40,124 nt of DNA, from NCBI GenBank assembly GCA_964605875.1, contig CAZSEG010000001.1, positions 28,465 to 68,588 on the forward strand, given 5' to 3'. A program made the translations under genes and the position numbers. This document shows, one piece after another, positions 39,358 to 40,124 of this stretch (within the stretch, counting starts at the first letter, position 1; each line of letters begins with the position of its first letter). The DNA comes from an uncultured Chitinophagaceae bacterium. GTDB lineage: Bacteria > Bacteroidota > Bacteroidia > Chitinophagales > LD1. Below the pieces are notes generated by a model. That model was not told where the DNA came from. It was given only the letters and a program-made list of their open reading frames with translations, and did not search any database.

Positions 39358-40124
39358 TTTTGTAATTCAGTTAGTCGTTTTATGAGTTCGTCAAACAATA
39401 AAGGTTGTCTATAAATCATACTTGCTGTCATATCCTGATAGTCTTTTTCCCAAAGTGGTAGCAAGTTGTCAGGCGGAATGAATTTTATGTTTTCGGGTTT
39501 GTGATTGTCGTAGTCAATGCCTGAAATTGCTGTGAACTTGCTTCGATGTCTTACGATTGTGTTGTAAAGTTCTGTGTCCTGCAATGCGGTTTCTGCATAT
39601 TCTGTTTGACTTAGTTTTTCAATGTCGTACAAGTGTCTGCTTAGGCGTTCAACTCGTATTTTTTCGTCCGCTTTCTGAAATTCTTCGTGAAGTAAAAATA
39701 CCTTTTCTAAAAATGTTCGTTCAGGATTTACAACAGGAATGGTTATCGGTTTGTCTGTAAAAGGATTGTCCGAATAGATTTGTGAAACAAATGTCCCGAA
39801 AGTTCTTTGGGTAAAAGGTTCTTTCAATGAACGACAACCAACTTCTACCAAAACACCGGGTTTCAAATAAGTATCTGTTTCGGTTAGTTTGTCGTAGTAA
39901 ATTTCAATAATCAAAGGGTCTTGGTCGTGATTTTCAACTTCACGATATTTTATCATTACTTCTTTGAAACCTAATTTAGCAAACTTTGCTTTCAGTTCTT
40001 CGGTAAAAATTTCTGTAATAAATTGATACGATTTTCTTCTTAGTTTTTTAATGTCGCCTTTACTTAATTCGCCTGTGAAACCTAAAAATTCTCTATCCAA
40101 AGCCAAATCAATATCTTCCGAAAA
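39333..40124 (-). CDS. AbiEii/AbiGii-family nucleotidyltransferase toxin (DUF1814), 5' partial (continues beyond window end)
   Basis: The frame is open to the window edge. The edge encodes 'FSEDIDLALDRE', which is the conserved (R)FSEDIDF motif of AbiEii. The downstream 'ERTFLEKVFLLHE' is also typical of the family. Confidence 0.75.
   Translation of the reverse strand, partial: FSEDIDLALDREFLGFTGELSKGDIKKLRRKSYQFITEIFTEELKAKFAKLGFKEVMIKYREVENHDQDPLIIEIYYDKLTETDTYLKPGVLVEVGCRSLKEPFTQRTFGTFVSQIYSDNPFTDKPITIPVVNPERTFLEKVFLLHEEFQKADEKIRVERLSRHLYDIEKLSQTEYAETALQDTELYNTIVRHRSKFTAISGIDYDNHKPENIKFIPPDNLLPLWEKDYQDMTASMIYRQPLLFDELIKRLTELQKRINTSQR

Overview
This 40.1 kb window looks like a Bacteroidota chromosome. 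Support for that: several proteins carry T9SS C-terminal sorting domains, one giant protein has SprB-type repeats with a gliding-motility type B sorting domain, and genes sit in tight operons with no Shine-Dalgarno spacing.

Positions 1-30.4 kb are mostly housekeeping or core genes:
- RNA modification and maintenance: rluF, rsmD, trmB, ssb, ybeY, cinA.
- tRNA-Ser, tRNA-Pro and tRNA-Arg.
- Secreted hydrolases.
- A 1143-aa protein with three lamin-tail domains (LTDs).
- A sphingosine-1-phosphate-lyase-like PLP enzyme.
- A PafA-like alkaline phosphatase.
- A roughly 1950-aa T9SS adhesin.
- An AmiC/SPOR amidase.

From about 30.5 kb to the window end the sequence becomes visibly more AT-rich and looks like an accessory or defence island with decayed genes. 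It holds a truncated IS1595 transposase, gene fragments, and a partial AbiEii toxin.

The most interesting feature is a tightly packed minus-strand operon at 33203-38988. Its order is XRE regulator, DpnII-like restriction endonuclease, beta-class DNA methyltransferase, SIR2 (SIR2_2-type, catalytic N and H present), winged-helix protein, a second beta-class methyltransferase, and a decayed GHKL-ATPase/PD-(D/E)xK nuclease. The operon is bracketed by two diverged ~185 bp direct-repeat elements that share a hairpin with compensatory changes. I consider the SIR2-wHTH pair embedded in an R-M operon the best candidate for an undescribed composite defence system.

All family assignments come from motif recognition by eye. 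No database search was run.
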